Assembly: GCA_016867035.1 (NCBI GenBank) | Contig: VGKO01000001.1 | Coordinates: 1,998-65,997, forward strand | Reading direction: 5' to 3' | DNA length: 64,000 nt | Source of the DNA: Candidatus Pacearchaeota archaeon | GTDB taxonomy: Archaea; Nanobdellota; Nanobdellia; Pacearchaeales; GW2011-AR1 | In this document: positions 63,809 to 64,000 of the stretch, piece by piece | Layout: each line of letters starts with the position of its first letter | How positions within the stretch are numbered: the first letter of the stretch is position 1 | Notes under the pieces: generated by a model | What the model was told of the DNA's origin: nothing | The model's input: only the letters and a program-made list of their open reading frames with translations | Database searches by the model: none | Translations under genes and position numbers: made by a program

Positions 63809-64000
63809 AAATCTTCATGTTTTATTAGCTTAAAACCCTTTCTAATAAAAGTTTATCCAAAGATTTTCAAATACTATCTAGCATCTATTTTCTACTCTTA
63901 ATTTCGCTTAGGTGCAATTCGTGCATTCTTTTTAAAAAATCTTGTTTATCTTCTATTCTCAAAAAGTCAGTATGTCCCTGTAAAACCATGTTTAAGGCAA

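Noticed and set aside
1-64000. Searched by eye for rRNA genes, RNase P/SRP/7S RNA-like conserved stretches and additional tRNAs (GTTC.A.TC T-loop motif).
   Set aside because: Only the two tRNAs listed were found. No rRNA-like conserved blocks. Other structured ncRNAs cannot be excluded without covariance-model searches.

Overview
This is an AT-rich (roughly 30% GC by eye), densely packed archaeal chromosomal segment. Small K/I/N-rich proteins, PolD, Orc1/Cdc6, RadA, aIF2-alpha/S27e, EF-1beta and class-III-signal-peptide pilins together suggest a small-genome, possibly DPANN-like, archaeon; that lineage call is inference. Main contents follow. (1) A replication core: orc1/cdc6, PolD small subunit (DP1) and PolD large subunit (DP2) sit in one minus-strand operon at 52014-58460. 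It abuts a ~750-bp extremely AT-rich intergenic region (58461-59215) with ORB-like motifs, short tandem repeats and a gene-polarity switch, which I call a candidate oriC. (2) A 12.4-kb type IV pilus-like locus (17432-29868, minus strand) holds an unusually long FlaI/VirB11-type ATPase, a FlaJ/TadC-like platform protein, nine consecutive pilin-like genes with class III signal peptides, and an A24 prepilin peptidase. One compositionally foreign ORF is embedded in it. (3) An 8.5-kb gene (3166-11709) encodes a 2847-aa giant surface protein, N-glycosylation-sequon-rich, with a signal peptide, Gly-rich and Ig-like repeats, a LamG-like lectin domain, one transmembrane helix and a cytoplasmic PRC-barrel tail. 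A 60-aa HTH gene overlaps its start by 4 bp. (4) A ~3.4-kb block of atypical, GC-richer composition (39766-43181) encodes a 1010-aa protein fusing a LexA-like winged helix to a calcineurin-like phosphoesterase, plus an 85-aa ORF. (5) Housekeeping and repair genes include RadA, RPA-like SSB, EndoQ-like PHP nuclease, a split Hef (helicase and ERCC4 nuclease as separate genes), a UDG-superfamily protein, 2H phosphoesterase, PurA, a class I aaRS, M16 and M29 peptidases, a radical SAM/SPASM enzyme, a Dph6-like PP-loop ATPase and a DRG-like GTPase. There are two tRNAs (Arg-GCG plus strand, Thr-CGU minus strand), three PRC-barrel domains and a bacterial-type HPF/RaiA-like gene. No rRNA, CRISPR array, integrase or transposase was recognised.
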